Positions 12,333 through 26,895 of a stretch of 64,000 nucleotides of DNA are shown here, piece by piece. The stretch spans positions 14,012,001 to 14,076,000 of the forward strand of contig OX597818.1 in NCBI GenBank assembly GCA_951406725.2, read 5' to 3'. The notes beneath the pieces were generated by a model that was not told the DNA's origin, searched no databases, and saw only the letters and a list, made by a program, of their open reading frames with translations. Origin of the DNA: Octopus vulgaris (taxonomy: Eukaryota). The number at the start of each line of letters is the position of its first letter. The stretch's first letter is position 1. Position numbers and translations under genes: made by a program.

Positions 12333-14497
12333 GTGTGTGTGTGTATGCATGTATATATATATATATATATACATACACTCATACGCACACAGTCAATTCT
12401 CCCGTCGTAATCGACGTATGCGAATCTAACATTCAGTAATATTGCTTTCATCACAATAAGACATCTACATGAATGTATTTTCAGTTTCCCCCGGTTATGT
12501 AGGACCTGTGTACCTTTTCGTCACCACCATTTAGATTTCAACTTACCCTGGTACATTAAATGCGTACCCCAGCAGGAAGCCAGAGGCTACTAAATATTCG
12601 TCTATACACATATCACGTAATTGGAAGACTGTTGACGCTCCTGGGTTCATTGTTTTTCATCCCAACGTTTGTTCAAGCACCACTTTACTCATCAAGTAGG
12701 CTTGCTGGTTTTGCCTGTTTAGTCGCTCACAGCTAGACCATACAACATTTTGAACATAGTTACATATTACCATTTCCAGCAGTAAACCACGGTGATCTGA
12801 CTCACAGAAAGACACACACACTCACTCACACACGCACACACACGCACACGCACACACACACACACACATTCAAAGAAACACACACACATGCACATTCACA
12901 CATACACATATGCATATAGTTTTCTCTTATATCATCACTTGAACATATCACCGGTGATATTACCTGAGGTCAATGTGTGTTTTGCATCTTTCAAACATTG
13001 ATCGAGTCCTAGCTTTTCAGCCAGTGACACTAGCCACCGCATCTAACTCCCAAATTCGTGATACCCGTTCTCCTTGAACAAGCTACTACCTTGGTAGGGA
13101 CCTTATAAAATTTACCCATTTGATCCTGTGATGATGCAGGCTTTCTTGAGCGAATGTTTTGCGAACAGGTTACCATTCCAACTCAATGATATTAATCTTC
13201 ACTCGACACCCGTCCACTTACAAACGCCATAAAATTTTCTACTATTCCCTTCGCTCACTTTCTAAAGCACCTCTCCCAGTGAAACGAGCGTTTTAATAAA
13301 ACCACCTACTTCGATATTTGGGATGACATTTTTAAAAACTTCAGCTGCTTCCTAAGTTTTACCTTCAGGTTCGATCTTGAGCTGCTAGTATCCTCGAGCA
13401 AATGTTCTCAACATTACATACACCGGCATATTGAATACTAATTTTGCGTCATTCAGGGCCTCAACTGTTGTCCGTTTCTCATCTGTGCTAATGAAAGTAA
13501 CAGATTGAGAGACTTTCGAGTCACAAGGCTCATGGTAGTGCAACTTTTCAGTGAGATCTTGTACAAATTCCACTTTCCGCCATTGATGAATTGCTTCGAA
13601 TTATTTTCCTGCCCACAGTGAGCAATGCTGTCCAAGATTTGAGAAAATTCCTGCTACTTAAGCAGAAACCCTCTGACCCTCCTTTCAAAGACCATGGACA
13701 TGGATATTAAAACTTCTCAGAAACCAAAAAGAAACTACGAATCCGTGAGAGACTGCTTTGTTTATAAACACAAACTTTAGACTTGTCAGCTCGGTCTGAT
13801 TTTTCCACAGTTGCTAGCCAGGCTTCGACCTCTTATTTGGTTGTTTTCTTAAGCCTCGTTTCACTCATCTTGCGAGCAAACACTTTTGCAATGCACTCTG
13901 TTGCTTTTTCAGTAATTTCTAATTGATGGGTGCTGCAAATCATGAAGAGGAATTTGAAGCTTACTCTGTGTTTCTTCATCTAAAAAAATCTAGATAACAG
14001 GAATATGACGATAGGATGAATCACCAGACCCTCAAACCAATCCAGTTTGCTCACGCGCCCCAGTGCAGATTTTGTGACAATTAGTCAATCATAAACAATC
14101 TAATGAGGCAGCAGAACACGGAAATTGGTGAATATCTGTCTAATCTCCTCATCTGAATTTATCGAGATCACAGCAAGCGGAAAATAGATTACTGAAATGA
14201 CACATGCAATATATTATTACATTTCCCGAAATTCTGCCACTCTTAAAATGTAGAGACAGCAGAGACACCCAGACTAAAAGTGTTAGAGTAATTCAGAAAG
14301 TTGTCTTTCAGTGTGGCTGGAATATCACATTTGTATGAAGCTGCTCTAGCTTTCGGAATATGGAGCAGTAGGCACATTTCCTACGCAGTTTTCCTTTCTT
14401 GTGTTTTTTCATTCTCTCTCCATTTGTTTCCTCTTATCCCTTTCTGTCGAAGAGCATCCATTCGAAACGTAAAATACTTTTCCATTTCTCCCCAGAG

Positions 14498-15125
<628 letters not shown>

Positions 15126-16572
15126 AGCAATTTTCTCAGTTACATATACTTCAATGGCATAAGATAGAGCTCCTTTTGAATTCCTCAGTTCTTTAGAATT
15201 TCAAGTTCTGTCCACTTGAACGGCAATTGTTAAATCTACGAGCCACTCTCATACAATACGAGAATCTTATTCTGCTCTGCTCTGCCTATGTAAACTTACG
15301 TTATGTAAACTTATGTTAGCAGTTGTGTATGAATGATTTACTGCGTCAATATTAATTAAGGTTCTCTCGTTTTAATACTTTCCAGTACCCTGAAATCGCG
15401 GCAAGTTGGTAAATAACTCTTAGATATGCCTAGGAAAAAGGGCGTTTTCTGAACAGAAATAGCTATGATTAGAATGCAAATGTATGCAAAGTTTTGAAAT
15501 ATTTTATCACGTTGACGTCGATATATATTTTCATATGTTTCATTTAGAGCAGCTTGTATATATTGCATCCTGTATATATTGCTGCTTGTCAATCTTATAT
15601 AATTGTGTAAATATAAAGAATCACGAAAAGTGCCTCGTTATATACCACTCAGTAGACAGATTTTCCACTCTGGATTATTCAATCAGATAATATTTATATT
15701 TAACACAAATATCTGACATATTTTAAGGCAATATTTGTTTATTTGAAACCTGGAATCCTTGTGTTGCCCTTATAAGAATTCTTACAAAATGCATAGCGAA
15801 ATCAAACTATATTCAGTTTAGTGTTGACCGAGATAACGTCTTAATCGACTTTTATTTGTTTCCCGTTCGTTATGTCAGATAGTGTTCTTATTATCAAAGC
15901 GAAAACCATTGTTGAAAAGTTTATATTTATTTAGAAGTGTCTACCATCTTTCTCAGTATATTTATTCCCAGAACCTTTGAAAGATATGAGTAAAGTGTTT
16001 TAAGAATGTGTAGAGTATTTTCACTCAAGCACATGTATATATTTGTCATATATTTGTCATATTCAATACATGACTAAATTCATTGTGCGACGGAAATACC
16101 AGAGACAAAATATTTGGATTGTTGTAACAGACAATTAATTACTTGTATTCTCAAGAAACTACACTTGTTACTTCGTTTTTTTTTTTTTATTTCTCATGAA
16201 CATGTGGCATTAATACAAAGGTTGATAAACTAATTAGCAATAATGTGAATCACCTTCACTTTTCTTATTTTCGAGAAAATATTCTTAACTAATTATACTA
16301 CACATTCTGTTAAATCACGAGAAACGTTGAACATTTTAATGAATCAAAGTAAACATATGTGCACATGCTCAAATACGGTAAATAGGAGATAATGTTAAAT
16401 ACTGAACTTCAAATTTTCAGTATATGTGTGTGTTTGTGCGTGTGTGTACGTGTGTGTGTATGTGTATGTGTGTGTGGTTGTGTAGCGAACCCCCTTTACG
16501 TACTAATACTGTCCACTGTGCTACACTAGAATGTATTGCTTGTCATTTCCAGACATAGATGTAAATAAATAT

Positions 16573-17316
16573 AGGCGCAGGTGTGGCTGTGAGGTAAGTA
16601 GCTTGATTACCAACCATACGGTTCCTGGTTCAGTCGCACTGAGGAGAACCTTCGGCAAGTGTCCTCGGTCTCGGGCCGACCAAAGCTTTGTGAGTGAATT
16701 TAGTGGACAGAAACTGAATATTTTTTAAGGGAGGAGGAGACCCCCTTCGGTCATGAATGACCGTGGGATTGCACCAAGAAAGTTACCCCACGGAGCACAA
16801 GTCAGGGCAAGATTGTTTGTGGAAGGCTAGCAGTCGCCCATACATACCAGCCTCCTCTCTCCACACCACTGATACTATCCAAGGGAAAGGCAAAGGCCGA
16901 TACAGCTTGGCACCAGTGATGTCGCAACTCATTTCTACAGTTGAGTTAATTGGAGCAACGCAAAATAAGGTGTCTTGCTCAAGAACATAACACACAGTCT
17001 GTCCGGGAATCGACCTCACAAACTCACAATCGTAAGCTCGACTGTCTAACCCCTGAGTCATGCGCCTTCAGAAACTGAAATAAGCCTGTCGTATATATGT
17101 GTGTGTGTGAGTGTGTGTATGTTTGTCCCCCGCAATCACTTGTCAACCGATACTGGTGTGTATGCGTCCCCGTAACTTACCAGTTCGGCAAAACATACCG
17201 ATACACTAAGTACTAGGCTTACAAAGAATACGCCTTGGAGTTGATTTGTTCGACTAAAGGCGGTGCTCCAGCATAGCCGTCCACTCAAATGACAGAAACA
17301 AATAAAAGAGTAATAG
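16573..17316 (+). mobile_element. tRNA-derived SINE (host copy) interrupted by a second SINE
   Basis: Head GGCGCAGGTGTGGCTGTGAGGTAAGTAGCTTG shared with 24723 and 62707, internal (TG)n, and 3' part ending AATAAAAGA. Confidence 0.88.
16719..17068 (-). mobile_element. Nested tRNA-derived SINE with 11-bp TSD
   Basis: Minus-strand head AAGGCGCATGACTCAGGGGTTAG...GGTCGATTCC. TSD CAGAAACTGAA at 16708-16718 and 17069-17079. Confidence 0.88.
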
Positions 17317-17319
17317 AAT

Positions 17320-17374
<55 letters not shown>

Positions 17375-17559
17375 TACCCTTGTGCGTTCGTTCTCTTTTT
17401 GTGAGAGTATATTTGGGAATGGTAACAGATAAAGCCAGCCATCATGCGTTTATAATTGTTATTGACAAGCTGTCAAATTTTGTCTTCATTACACTCATTT
17501 GTAGATGAGTGTTTCCATTAAATACTTCATTTTTCCAATTTTTTTCAGTCACGTTTTAT

Positions 17560-18870
17560 TTTTAGACGTAACTATGGAAGATTTATCTACTCACAGATAA
17601 ACTATGGATATTCGAGAGGGATTTTATGTGCGTAGTCATTTGTTATCTGATTGTTTATTTATTTCGAAGATTGTTTTTATTGCTTGGGAGTAATCGGAGA
17701 AAATGTGATTGACTGTATCTGCATATTCCCTCCGCAAATTCTGCCGTTAGTTGTTGGCTGCTTATTATAATTTTGCTACTCTACTCGGAATTATTTAGTT
17801 GTTTGCTACAAGGAATTATTTGTCATTCTAAACTTTCAGTCCCCTGCCTCATGTCTACTGATGTCATATATTTGATTTGTCCGATTTTAGTGAGTATTTA
17901 CCACCTGAGGACATGTTTGACAACGCATTACTATGATATTTATTCTTTTATTCTTTTAATCTTTTACTTGTTTCAGTCAGTTAACTTTGGCCATGCTGAA
18001 GCACTGCCTTTTAGTCGAAGAAATCGACCCCTGCTCTTATTCTTTGTAAGCCTGGAGCTAATTCTATCGGTCTCTTCTGTTTTCCGTTTTCCTTTTGGGG
18101 AGTCATTAATGTATTAGCTCTCGATTTCTCACCAGATTAATAAATATGATTTCCGAGAATTAGTATTTTTTATAGTTACTACTGTTGTTTTAATTTACGT
18201 GAATCCTTTCAGTTCTTGTGTATTACTATTTTCTAGAACTTCTGCATATTTTGATTCCAATATTCTAGGTCCTGGCGAGAAATTCCTTCTCCATAGGCCA
18301 CGCAACAAATTCATCTACTTCTCTGTCGTACGCATTACTCTGATACCTCGTTTATTTATGCAGTTCCTGACGAACGAAAGGTGCGTTTTCTTTTTTTTTT
18401 AATAATATGTTTTAGATTCAAGGCATCTTTATCATTTTTCGAGTTAGGTCAGTGGATTTGTTGCTATCTCTCTAAAATTACTTGTTTTAGGTGTTTTATC
18501 CTATTTTGAATATTCCCGTATTTTATATTGTATTACCTGAATGCTTATTATTTTTTACTGTATTTTTATTAATTATTGTCCTTGGTTTCAGAAAAAAATT
18601 ATTTTCTGTCATTCTCTGTTGGATTGTTTTTATTGCGAAATCACTTGCCTTGGTTTGAATGTCCATATATGAGATTTTTCGAGGGCATTCATTCCATTTT
18701 TATAACTACTTGGACACATAAATTATTTATTTTCTCTTGATGATAACTATGTTCATATTTCATGTCTGAAGTCTAGAATTTCTCCTTTTACATCGTTAAA
18801 TCTGCTGTTTTACGGTGAACATCTTTCGTTATACTGACGAAGTGTTTAAGTAGTGTATCATATGATCTGT
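17560..18870 (-). mobile_element. Highly decayed PLE RT C-terminus/linker remnant (with a SINE fragment at about 17940-18080)
   Basis: Minus-strand broken frames give KISYMDI (FLDI-like), PTENDR (KPT..DR-like), NKRGIRV and RCQTCP, in PLE order. Confidence 0.4.
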
Positions 18871-18964
18871 TTCTTTTAGTATATTTTGGATGTGTCAAAA
18901 CGAATGAAAGTTATAAACAAAGCCATAGGTTTTGCTTTATCGATTTTCACTTCCATTGATAACC

Positions 18965-19165
18965 TCTTTTATCTCTTTTACTTGTTTCAGTCATTTGACA
19001 GTGGCCATGCTGAAGCACCGCCTGTAGTCGAGCAAATCGACCCCAGGACTTTTTCTTTGTTAGCCTAGTACTTATTCTATCGGTATCTTTTGACGAACCG
19101 CTAAGTTACAGGGAAGTAAACACACCAGCATCGGTTGTCAAGCGATGTTGGGGGGACAAACACAC
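18965..19165 (-). mobile_element. SINE 3' half
   Basis: Reverse complement of the SINE 3' part at 17120-17316 (TTGTTTCAGTCATTTGAC..GGCCATGCTG..). Confidence 0.8.
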
Positions 19166-19304
19166 ACACACACACACACATACACACACACAGGCATATA
19201 TATACATATATATATATACCACGTGTTTGGTAAGCAAGCTACTGACCACCCAGCCACTCTTACGCCTATATAAGCAAGCGAGATAACACAATCATTAGTA
19301 CCCC

Positions 19305-19470
19305 CAGCTAAATGCATAGCGGCATTTCGTCTGTCGTTACGCTCTGAGTTGACTTTGTCGTTCATCATTTCGGGTTCGATAAAATAAGTACCAATTGAGT
19401 TTGGGAATCAATTTAACCGCTGCGCCTCTCCCACATAATTGCTGGTCTTTTGCCAAACTTTGAAACTAAT
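19305..19470 (+). mobile_element. Decayed copy of a second SINE family
   Basis: Matches 42364-42580 (GCATTTCGTCTGTC..TTACG..CTGAGTT..GATAAAATAAGTACCA). Confidence 0.7.
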
Positions 19471-20261
19471 ATTTCCCTTCTTTCTCTTTTCCGAACATTG
19501 ATGGTGGTCGTTTATGTCCGCTAACATAAGTCGTCCATAATAAGCTGGGTCACGTTTGCAAACTTATCACCCTCAATGGCCTTTGCTTATTGACAGTCCA
19601 CAAATATCTAGTTGAACAAACCAAGGGCATTGATGTTAACATTAGAATATGAATAAGAACTATTTTATCGGTAATAAAATAAAAATATATTCTGCATACC
19701 ACCAAGTTTTTCTTACCTATCCGTACGTAAAATCGCCAAAGCAAAGTACATAGTTGGATAAAGGTTTTATAATGGGTGACGAAAGAAAGAATATAATTAG
19801 TTAGCAACCAGAATCTGTTTAGAAATCATGTCTCTTTTGAACAAATTACCTCCACTACTTCAAAAAGGACACGTATGCTAATCATTTGCAAAACGTTCCA
19901 AAAAACATTTTCCAAAAGGCTGCAAGTATTATAAAAGCTTCGCCTCGCACATAGTAAGAATAGCTTTTTCGAATTCAAATTCAAAGAACATGGCACAAAT
20001 AATAGCAGCGCAAAATACAGAAGGAGTATATTATTTCTACGATGAGCAGATTAACTATAACATAAATATATTACATAATACTAATGAAACAAGAGAAGTT
20101 AACGCGCATAAAGATAAAAATAGAAACCGAACCAAGGGAAATGACTGCTGTAAACACCATCCAAGCTTAGGAACAGGGCAACAAGTGTGATAAAAAGAAT
20201 AGCATAATAAGTGAAAATATCCACAATGAAAATAGTAACCTAAGGCATAGAAACAACGAAA

Positions 20262-20262
<1 letters not shown>

Positions 20263-20316
<54 letters not shown>

Positions 20317-20321
20317 CAACA
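20263..20321. repeat. (AAT)n/(AAC)n microsatellite
   Basis: Direct reading. Confidence 0.95.
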
Positions 20322-20777
20322 AACACTACGAAACGCACCACAAAAATTTCCTCCCAAATTAAAGACTTTGAAACTTTAGGAAAAAAGCAACTGTCGATAT
20401 ATATACTGGTCAATTACGAAAATTAAACCACGGCAACACCTATATAAAGGCAATAAAAAATTCAACGATGTAAATATCGATATATATATATACATAAATA
20501 CACACACACACAAATATATATATATATATATATATGTATATAAAATTATGAGTTAGAGGTTATGCAACCGTGTAAGGGATAAATGTATCCGTAGGCACAA
20601 CTGGTGCTTTACCTGACTATGTATAGGCCTTAGTGTAAGATTAACGGTAGTTGGTAATTTAAGGGTAATCCGTGGTTTAATATATTCAGATAAGATAAGA
20701 GAAGAAATGGAGCAACATGTGACAATTAGAAGCTGATCATTAGTACTGAATTATCATAGTTTTTTTATAGTTAGGAT

Positions 20778-20862
20778 AACATATACAGCTGTTTCAGTTT
20801 GTTATTTTTGAAGTAAACTTTCCTTTATCTAGTTCCATGTAACAAATATCATCAGAATGATT
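20778..20862 (-). ncRNA. Type I hammerhead ribozyme-like motif
   Basis: Minus strand: CATT-CTGATGA-TA-TTTGTTA...TAACAAA-CT-GAAA-CAGCTG-TA-TATG. 7-bp stem II arm, palindromic stem III ACAGCTGT, imperfect stem I. Confidence 0.6.
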
Positions 20863-21339
20863 TGAACATTACCAGAATAATATTGACAGGCGATCGAAGG
20901 TTGACAAGGGTAAAAAAAAAGAAACGAGAAAAGGGAATGAAAAAGGGAAAGAGGAAAATGGAAAAGGTTCATTAGGTCTTAAGTCTTACATTTTTGCGTC
21001 CTTAAAAAATGGCACGTGTGTGCAGAGTTGCTTCAAGTAGATGAATATATATGTATGTGTGTGCCTTTGCGTGTGTGATAAGTATATTTCCACTCTACCG
21101 GTCACTTTTTACAACACCTGTCTGTGTTCGGATTGTCCTTGTACAGGGGCCATCCGGACACCCGTCTTCGCCGTGAGCAGAGATTAATCTTCACTCTTCG
21201 TTCCTTTGCGCCTCTCTCTTCATCATCACCTCTCCCTATATGTACACCACCTCTACATATTTCAGCCCACCGTCCCTGTCGCTTTCTCCTTCTGACTGCC
21301 AATTCTGCCTTTCTCTCATGACATGAACAAATTTAAATC

Positions 21340-21900
21340 TTCTCAAAATAAAACACCCACCCCACGGAAAATGATGATACCTGGGACCCCTGAAACTAAC
21401 CCAAGGAAGCAGTAAACTGGATTACTCTGTGCGCTTATAGCACGGCCCTGGATACCAACCATGGAAATATCCACTAGAACTCGTGTCGTTCGAAGAACGC
21501 GTTCAGCAGTGAAGTTAGGTTCTGACACTGAGCTCGAAAAGTCTTTAATCAGGACCAACCTACTCAAGAACCTGTAGTAAATAAAGCCAGGGATATTCTC
21601 AAAACTGACGCTCTGGATCAACTACCAAATCTATCTCAAAGATGTTCAAATGCAAGACAGAAATGGACTAAGAAGGAATATATTGAAGTTATGCATGCTT
21701 ATCATTATTCAGCACTAAACCCAGAAACATCAACCACACAAAAAGATACCTACGATATCTGGAGGTGCAAAAACCCGCATAGGCTGTAAATGAGCGGTAA
21801 TAAACTAGGAGCTGTGAGTTGTAATATCCTAAAAATAAAAGACTAACCGACAGCAAAATTGACAAAATAGACAAGTCAAAAGTCGGCTCAGTAAACATCC
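21340..21900 (+). mobile_element. 5' region/N-terminus of an R4/Dong-clade LINE (decayed)
   Basis: RQKWTKKEYIEVMHAYY...YDIWR.KNP...ILKNKRLTDSKI resembles the N-terminal motif of R4/Dong ORFs. Preceded by a GC-richer leader. Confidence 0.5.
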
Positions 21901-22164
21901 AGAAAAAGGTGCGAACATATCAACGTTCAGCTGTTTAGAATATCAGGACTTTAATCCACATGGATCTACGCAGAATTGCACCTAATGATTTATGGACTTA
22001 TTTCTGCAAAGTTGAACTATGAAATTTATGCTTCTTTTTTCTTCTCTCTCTTCATCTCCTTATTCCTTTACTCCTGTCCACTATGTAGTCATTTTCCCTA
22101 TTTGTCCCTGATAGAATATCCCATTCTCTGGGATATTCCAGAAATGGCTGTAAGAATTTGAATT

Positions 22165-22367
22165 TTTTCCGATAATAATAATGTATATGACTTGAGATGT
22201 TTGCATTGCCTTAATCTTTGTTGTCCTCTTTAACCATTATATATCCGCTATACCGAAACTCAGCAATTGTTCCATAACTACCATCTCGGCTACAAACTTG
22301 GGGTCTTAGTAGTCCGTTACAGCACTGACCTAATCGTTAAGATCACATGTGAACTAAACCCCATACT
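22165..22367 (+). repeat. Dispersed repeat, second copy of 12083-12288
   Basis: Colinear similarity, e.g. TTATATATCCGCT, TCTCGGCTA, TTACAGCACT. Confidence 0.8.
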
Positions 22368-23380
22368 TTGTATATAGATATATAATGAATTTATAATAAA
22401 GGAGTACAGTGATTTATATCCAGTTTCATTCAGCAGATAATTACTTCTTTTCGTTTCTGCACTTACACTTGTTTTTGCAGCAAGTAATGCACACGGCAAA
22501 ATCTGCATCTTTATGTGCAATTTTTGTTAATTGCCGCGTCTTCAGGATAGAGTACAATCCAGTGTCGTTGTTACAAAAATAGCCTAGATCTTGACCTTTT
22601 CAACTCTACTGCTAACAACAAATTGACTAGCTGTCTAAGAAATTTTAGCAGTCTGCAGATATAGGCCATCGTTAAATGATGAGTGCTATTATTAATGCTT
22701 AATATTAGGTTGCTTTCAGTATGTTTTTTACTCTTATTATCATCCCTCTCCCAAGTATTGCTACTTCTACTACTCTTGTTATTATTGTTAATATTGTTAG
22801 TAATGCGCTATTTGTCTATTAGTTAATTTGCTAATTTCATAATTAATTAAATTTATTTAAATTTAAGGATATCGTTAATTTTATTGCCAAATTGTTCTGG
22901 AATCCTTAGAATAAGGTTCACAAAATACACAACGTTTGCTACTTCTACTAAATTGTTTGGCTCCACTAATTACTTCCAAAGTAATTATATATTCTTTATC
23001 ATTATCTTTTAAGGAACAAAATAGTTTACTTAAACTAATGTCATTCCTCCTTTTGCTGTCTCTAAATGAGTAATCGTGATTGACTATTCTTCTTTTTATG
23101 TATGTCTCACAAGCGCCAATATCATAATATACCTGACTTTCTGAAATTACCTTGCACCTGTATACTGTTCCTTTAATTTTGAAGTTAGACGGAATCTATT
23201 TATTGCGCAATCACAGTTTTTAAAAATTTAAAACTCTAGTTTTTATATATTATTTTCCTTCCTGATGAATTCTGTGGTTCTTTCTGTCCGTTTATCTTCC
23301 AAATTACATTCCATCTCTTGATTTTCAATTTTAGTGTAGCTCTCCAATATATTATTTGGGTTATTATTCACAACGTCTCA

Positions 23381-23412
<32 letters not shown>

Positions 23413-23414
<2 letters not shown>

Positions 23415-23795
23415 TTTTTTATAACCTTCTTTCACTGCACTACCGAGCGCAGCTCTGTGTGCCTTGTGTATGTACTATGGTTTGCTGTAATGCTCATATG
23501 GGTAATGTGTTGAAAGTGTTTTACGTAGGATGTACACAGTGCCTATTAGTGCTATTTTCTGTGTGTTATATATATATGTTAGTCCTGGTGTTTTCGTTAT
23601 GTATTTGTCTGAATATCTTTTATCATACCTAATGCGCCCACTATGATTGAAATTGTTTCTGTTTTTAGACTCCATATTCGAGTTACCTCTATTTCCAGGA
23701 ATTTGTATTTTGAAAGTTTCTCCATTTCTTTTAGAGAAATGTTGTCATCTATTGGCATTGATACATCAATTAGAAAGCATATTACTTCATGATCT
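23413..23795 (-). mobile_element. R4/Dong-clade LINE 3' end (restriction-like endonuclease domain), 5'-truncated
   Basis: CFLIDVSMPIDDNISLKEMEKLSKYKFLEIEVTRIWSLKTETI on the minus strand. Homologous to 59102-59500. 3' end abuts (TAA)n. Confidence 0.85.
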
Positions 23796-24399
23796 CACTA
23801 TCACGCCATACAGTTTGCAATAAAATTTTTAAAATCTTGTTTGTATCAAAGATGAATCGTAGTTATCAGTCTAACCATGGTTCATCTTCACGATGTACGC
23901 TGATGAGGCTTCTGTGCTTCCCACTTTATAGTGGGTGACTTATAAATAATTTTCCACCAGAACCTGGCTTCAAGAGTATTGAATTTCTAAGACATCGGAA
24001 TTGTAGTTGTAACATAGTTATCACGAACGTCAATTGTAGTTTTGTGCTGCGATATTATTGATGCTCCCGTAATCGATCAACTACTTCAGTAGGGAATTCT
24101 ATAAAATATTCAAATTCTTCTCTATTTCCGATCGTTCACTCACTAAAATCAAATTCCTCGATGCTTCCTTCCTGAAAGCTTCATCCTCCCACATTAGAAG
24201 CAGTATTTCAATTATTTACCAACTACACACCAATATGATGTTATCTGGCTATATCTTTTAAGTCCCTAGGTATATGACATAATCAATTTCTATACTACAA
24301 TGCATAATGTTTGGCTGTTGCTGCTTCAGACATTAAAAACTATTTTACAATCTCTTTCAGGAGTCTTATTTGTACAAGTTATGCACGTACTGAACACTA

Positions 24400-24572
24400 C
24401 AAGATTTTTTCATCCTCTCTCTGTTTATTTTCTCTCATTCTTTCCTTTCGGTTGAAGAGCGTAGGTTTGAAACGTAAAAGACCTGTTCATTTTTCCCGAG
24501 CGTCAAACTAATGCACTTACTTGTTGTTCATACACCTTTCTTCATCTTTTGTTTTTCTATAAATGTCAACTA
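24400..24572 (+). mobile_element. Neptune-type PLE pseudo-LTR end with HHR-like motif
   Basis: TTTCGGTTGAAGAGCGTAGGTTTGAAACGTAAAAG...CCCGAGCGTCAAACTAAT, ending in (TA)n. Confidence 0.65.
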
Positions 24573-24659
24573 TATATATACTATATACATACACACAAAC
24601 GCACACATATCTATATCTATCTATCTATCTCTATATATATATACACACACTCATATATA

Positions 24660-24719
<60 letters not shown>

Positions 24720-24722
24720 TAT

Positions 24723-24888
24723 AGGCGCAGGTATGGCTGTGTGGTAAGAAGCTTGCTTTCCAATCGCATGGTGCCGGGTCCAGTCCCACTTCGTGGCATC
24801 TTGGGCACGTGTCGTCAACTATAATCTTGGCCCGACCAAAGCCTTGTGAGTGGATTTGGTTGACGGAAACTGAAAGAAGCTTGTCGTG

Positions 24889-24921
<33 letters not shown>

Positions 24922-25315
24922 TTCTGTGAGAGTTAGAGGTTGGGAAGCCAGCCAACTAAGGAATAGTACCTATTCAATATATAGTGGTAGTGTACCCAAT
25001 TATTAATACCCAAGTGCTGTTTATTGCGTGGCAATTTCACAATCGAGTGTCATGTATGGGAGGGATAAAAGTGGTTTACCCTTAATTTATATATATGTAT
25101 GTATATATTTATTTGTGGGTCTTTGTGGCTGCTTGCCTCCACCTCCATCACTTGACAACTGATATTGGTGTTTACGTCCTCGTAACTTAGAGGTTCGGCA
25201 GGAGAGAGCGATAGATTAGGTACCAGGTTTAGAAAGAATAAATCCAGGGGACGAATAAAAGGAGCTCCAGCATGGCCCATGTCAAATAACTGAAAAACAA
25301 TAAAAGAATAAAGAA
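24723..25315 (+). mobile_element. tRNA-derived SINE (same family as 16573), with an insertion in its internal microsatellite
   Basis: Head at 24723-24890, unrelated segment at about 24920-25090, 3' part at 25140-25315. Confidence 0.85.
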
Positions 25316-26698
25316 TACACACACAGAGACACACATATATATACACATGTATATATATATGTATGTGTTTGTGTTTGTGTGTTTGTATGTATATATATAT
25401 GTATATCTATATATGAGTATATGTATTCGTGTGTGTGATTGGGGTGTGTGTGTGTCATCGGTTTCAAATTGGACACTTTTGATTTCATTAAGTGACTTGT
25501 AATATTTATTAGTTTAATATAATCGTATTCAATAAATTATAGAATTTCTTTTACAAACCTTGATTATTTGTACAAAAGTTTAGAAAGTAGGAACGTTTAC
25601 AGCGTTACCCGATCAGAACGCTTCAAAATTATTATAAGATAAGGACAAACATCACCAAGAATTAAGAGCATGTTTGGCTACAGAAAGAAACTCCATCCAT
25701 AGAAGAACGTATACTATTAAACAAGCCACAGCGATTTGGAAATAGAAAGTAAAAAGAAACATTCCCACTAACGCAAGTTTTTTCTGCCGTTAGTGTAAGT
25801 AATTTACATATTAACTCCATGGCACAATGATATCATATTATGAAGAATTGCAGAAGTTTAATTCCATAAGGTATTGTTATATAGAGTCTATGTACTGTGT
25901 AATTCATTTTTTTTTTCCGATAGTTATATTTACCATATTGTATATTTCAGAATGATTTTGTTTTAATATCTCTTAATTTTATGGTTATAATTTGTTTTCT
26001 ATCAGATTCCATATTAATTTCCTTACTTCATTTCTATAGAATCTTTCATGCCTCTTTAGAAATCTAATTTTTGCGTAAGTAGCAGGGATATGGATTATAT
26101 ATCACTTAAACGCAAATGAATGTCTTTAACATAAAAACCACATTGCACATTTGAAATTCTCTTCCCTTCGTTTTCTTTAGAATTTGCAACAAACATTTTT
26201 ATTTCGTATTCGGTTATCTTTCTGTCTTTGTGTTTCAAAAAATAGGTACGTTCGCCTTCAGATTTATTAAAATAATGCTGTTTTTGAATCTTTCTCTTGA
26301 AATACGTGTTTGAGTTTTTGCGTTTGAAATGTATGCGTGTGTGTACATATATGCACGCACACACACATATGCATATACATGCACACAGGTACATACGTAC
26401 TACTACATTCACAAACACATTTAATTAAGAGACATCCATTATAATGGTACAGCTATGAGGCAAAAAGGAGAGAAACCCACGAAGTATACTCGTAAAAATG
26501 TACTTGTAAAAGCTTACAAATACAAACCGAACAATATTCTCTTCCCACTCTTGGTTCTGTCACTCATCGACATCGACTCCAACTCAAGAGCACCGTATGC
26601 CTTTCATTGGGGATTTCGTGATTGCGATCTTGGACTAGCTACAAACTTTGCCAAACCTCAAGCACTCGTGATGCTATTATAATAATATCATCGCTATA

Positions 26699-26732
<34 letters not shown>

Positions 26733-26736
<4 letters not shown>

Positions 26737-26832
26737 CCTGCTCGCTTAGCCAGCGGGGTGGCGTCATTCGAAGGCTAAAACAATGCGAAGCGCATTGTGA
26801 CCAGACATGTATAGCAACATCTGATAGCAACA

Positions 26833-26839
<7 letters not shown>
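26733..26839 (+). repeat. Short GC-rich repeat fragment inserted in (TA)n
   Basis: About 105-bp GC-rich island between TA runs, ending in a TAGCAACATCTGA tandem duplication. Likely a retroposon end. Confidence 0.5.
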
Positions 26840-26895
<56 letters not shown>

